Assembly (NCBI GenBank): GCA_001797745.1
Contig: MGQF01000067.1
Location: forward strand, 6,412 to 42,673
Source of the DNA: Deltaproteobacteria bacterium RBG_13_52_11
GTDB taxonomy: Bacteria > Desulfobacterota > B13-G15 > RBG-16-54-18
Reading direction: 5' to 3'
Length of the DNA: 36,262 nucleotides
The position numbers and the translations under genes were made by a program. Below are positions 34,419 to 36,262 of the stretch, piece after piece; position 1 is the first letter of the stretch, and each line of letters starts with the position of its first letter. Under the pieces are notes generated by a model. It did not search any database. It saw only the letters and a program-made list of their open reading frames with translations, and was not told the origin of the DNA.

Positions 34419-35264
34419 GTGTTTAAAAACAATAATTTCATAGAGCGCTCAATCATGGGCGCTCTATCTTTTTTAAAGGAATCGATCTTTGCTGAAGAAT
34501 ATGCATCACGGAAAAGTTTTTTGCAATCGTTAGATCCAAGGATCAAGACCTTAACCTTCCTCCTCTTCATCATGCAAGTACTTCTTGCCAAGAATCTCTT
34601 CATTTTGTTATGCCTTTATGCGTTATGTTTACTGCTGACGCTTTGTTCTAAGATCAACCTGGGATTTTTCTTGAAACGGACGTGGATATTTATACCCCTG
34701 TTTTCGCTCCTGATCGCCATTCCTGCCTTGTTTAATATCGTTACCCCCGGGGAACCGTTCATTACTTTCAAGATAGCCGGACAAAAACTTAGTATTACCC
34801 GCCAAGGATTATTTGGAGCACTATTTTTTATTATGCGCGTGATAACTTCCGTATCGTTTGTTGTTCTTTTAAGTGTTACGACGAAGCATTTTGAGCTGCT
34901 CAAGGTTTTACGTTTTTTTAGGATACCACAAGTCTTTGTGATGACCATCGGAATGTGCTACCGATATATTTATCTTTTTGTTGAGATAATCGAAAACACC
35001 TATCTCGCCATCAAGAGTCGGGTAGGAATAACGGTTCACTACAAAAAAGGACAGCATATTGTTGCGTGGAACATCGCCTATCTGTGGAATCGCTCGTACC
35101 AACTCAATGAAGAGGTGTATAAGGCAATGCTTTCAAGGGGATATAGGGGAGAGCCGGTTGCCATGAATGATTTTAAAATCAAACCAAAAGATGGGTTGTG
35201 GTTATGTTTAGTCGTAATAATTTCTGCTTCGATGATATATTTAAATTATCGGCTAAAAGTATGA
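34419..35264 (+). CDS. cbiQ: ECF-transporter T component, CbiQ
   Basis: LDPRIKTLTFLLF start of the CbiQ fold, about 5 TM helices, and C-terminal AMLSRGY. The ORF-track start at 34293 would overlap the preceding gene by 124 nt. I prefer the GTG at 34419 (AGGAAGG upstream). The ATG at 34455 is also possible. Confidence 0.8.
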   Translation: MFKNNNFIERSIMGALSFLKESIFAEEYASRKSFLQSLDPRIKTLTFLLFIMQVLLAKNLFILLCLYALCLLLTLCSKINLGFFLKRTWIFIPLFSLLIAIPALFNIVTPGEPFITFKIAGQKLSITRQGLFGALFFIMRVITSVSFVVLLSVTTKHFELLKVLRFFRIPQVFVMTIGMCYRYIYLFVEIIENTYLAIKSRVGITVHYKKGQHIVAWNIAYLWNRSYQLNEEVYKAMLSRGYRGEPVAMNDFKIKPKDGLWLCLVVIISASMIYLNYRLKV

Positions 35265-35273
35265 AAGGGTATT

Positions 35274-36089
35274 ATGGATAATCTAATCTTTGAATTAAAG
35301 GATGTCTATTTCGCGTATCTTGGGAAATATCCCGCCTTATGCGGCGTAGATATCAATATCCGGCAGGGAGAACGGATAACGATTATCGGCGCAAACGGCT
35401 CTGGGAAATCAACGCTTTTACATATGTTGGATGGGCTTATTTTCCCTGACAAAGGCACCATTAAAGCCTTTGGCAGGGAATTAAAAGAAGGTCGCTTTAG
35501 CGATGAAAACTTCTCAATGGATTTTAGAAAGAAAGTAGGATTGGTTTTTCAGAATTCCGATGTCCAGTTGTTCTGCCCAACCGTAAAAGAAGATATTGTC
35601 TTCGGCCCGCTCCAGTTAAGAGTTGGTAAAAGGGAGATTGAGAGGCGTCTCGACGAGCTTATTAATATTCTAAACATTAAAGATTTATTGGATAGATCCC
35701 CGCATCAGTTAAGTATCGGTGAAAAACGCAAAGTTGCGATAGCATCGACTTTGATGATTGATCCCGATGTTCTTATCGTGGATGAACCGACATCTGGATT
35801 AGATCCTTTGACAACCAGGCACATCATTGACATGCTCCTGCAGGCCAATGTCGCTGGTAAGACAATCATCACCTCTACACACGATCTGCATATCGTTGAG
35901 GAGATATCCGACGTGGTTTACGTATTCGGCCACGAAAAGAGAATAGTAAGGTCCGGCAGTCCGCAGGAAATCTTGGAAGACAACCAATTGCTTGAGGTCA
36001 ACAACCTCATACATATACATAGCCACAGGCATAAAGGGAGAACACACTCTCACCCCCATCTGCATTTATATCATCATGATGAAGGTTAA
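35274..36089 (+). CDS. cbiO: ECF-transporter ATPase CbiO/NikO with a His-rich C-terminal tail
   Basis: Walker A GANGSGKST, signature LSIGEKRK, Walker B LIVDEPTSGLD, and switch THDLH. The tail reads HIHSHRHKGRTHSHPHLHLYHHDEG. Confidence 0.9.
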   Translation: MDNLIFELKDVYFAYLGKYPALCGVDINIRQGERITIIGANGSGKSTLLHMLDGLIFPDKGTIKAFGRELKEGRFSDENFSMDFRKKVGLVFQNSDVQLFCPTVKEDIVFGPLQLRVGKREIERRLDELINILNIKDLLDRSPHQLSIGEKRKVAIASTLMIDPDVLIVDEPTSGLDPLTTRHIIDMLLQANVAGKTIITSTHDLHIVEEISDVVYVFGHEKRIVRSGSPQEILEDNQLLEVNNLIHIHSHRHKGRTHSHPHLHLYHHDEG

Positions 36090-36165
36090 CCAATTATCTC
36101 ACCGCTGAAAAAATCTTACGTGCTGGTTCGCAAGCATTGTGAGCAAGAGGCTCGGCATGCCGCTG
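36090..36165. repeat. Right 76-nt inverted repeat (IR-R) flanking the nickel cassette
   Basis: It begins at the base immediately after the cbiO TAA. Its reverse complement aligns ungapped with 31842-31917 (61/76). Confidence 0.8.
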
Positions 36166-36262
36166 TCAATCCCGGAAATCTAAAAGGCGTTTATGCTTGT
36201 TGACTCATAAATAAATGTTACCCTGGGGGATCGTTGGTAGAGGGGTGTGAGGGGTAGCAGGA

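Noticed and set aside
1-36262. Search by eye for tRNA/rRNA genes, CRISPR repeats, IS elements, integrases, and toxin-antitoxin or known defence modules
   Set aside because: None were recognised. The intergenic regions are short, mostly under 300 nt. The only repeated sequences found are those listed under features.

Overview
This is a 36.3-kb bacterial chromosomal window. It is densely coding, with about 34 credible CDS and 2 decayed gene remnants. I found no rRNA, tRNA, CRISPR array, transposase or integrase by eye.

The window falls into six blocks:
1. 1-7050 (+): a surface-polysaccharide locus. It holds an O-antigen-ligase-like/TPR protein, a GtrB/ArnC-type GT2, AsnB, a large polytopic/TPR protein and a SAM methyltransferase.
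2. 7123-11851 (+): housekeeping genes. These are a CobB-type sirtuin and the conserved phoH-pgpH(7TMR-HD)-ybeY operon.
3. 11987-21907 (-): an OmpR/CusR-type two-component system. Downstream of it lie two ArnT-like GT-C transferases, an ArnC-like GT2, two membrane-anchored metallophosphoesterases and a CX5R phosphatase. This looks like a regulated envelope-remodelling island with two paralogous promoter elements.
4. 22178-29581 (-): the run TPM / nucleotidyltransferase / LemA / (NTase remnant) / LemA. It is translationally coupled to a complete peptidoglycan-recycling set, murU-like, amgK-like, ldcA and mpl.
5. 29742-31590 (-): a B12-binding-domain radical SAM gene preceded by a decayed ECF ATPase gene.
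6. 31842-36165 (+): an AT-richer nickel cassette, nikR / signal-anchored FmdE-like protein / cbiM(nikM) / PDGLE protein / cbiQ / cbiO with a His-rich tail. It is bracketed by 76-nt imperfect inverted repeats and carries candidate NikR operators.

The nickel cassette (its flanks and the FmdE-like accessory gene) and the two-component-linked GT-C/phosphatase island are the most unusual parts. All functional calls rest on motif recognition in the supplied translations. No database search was possible.
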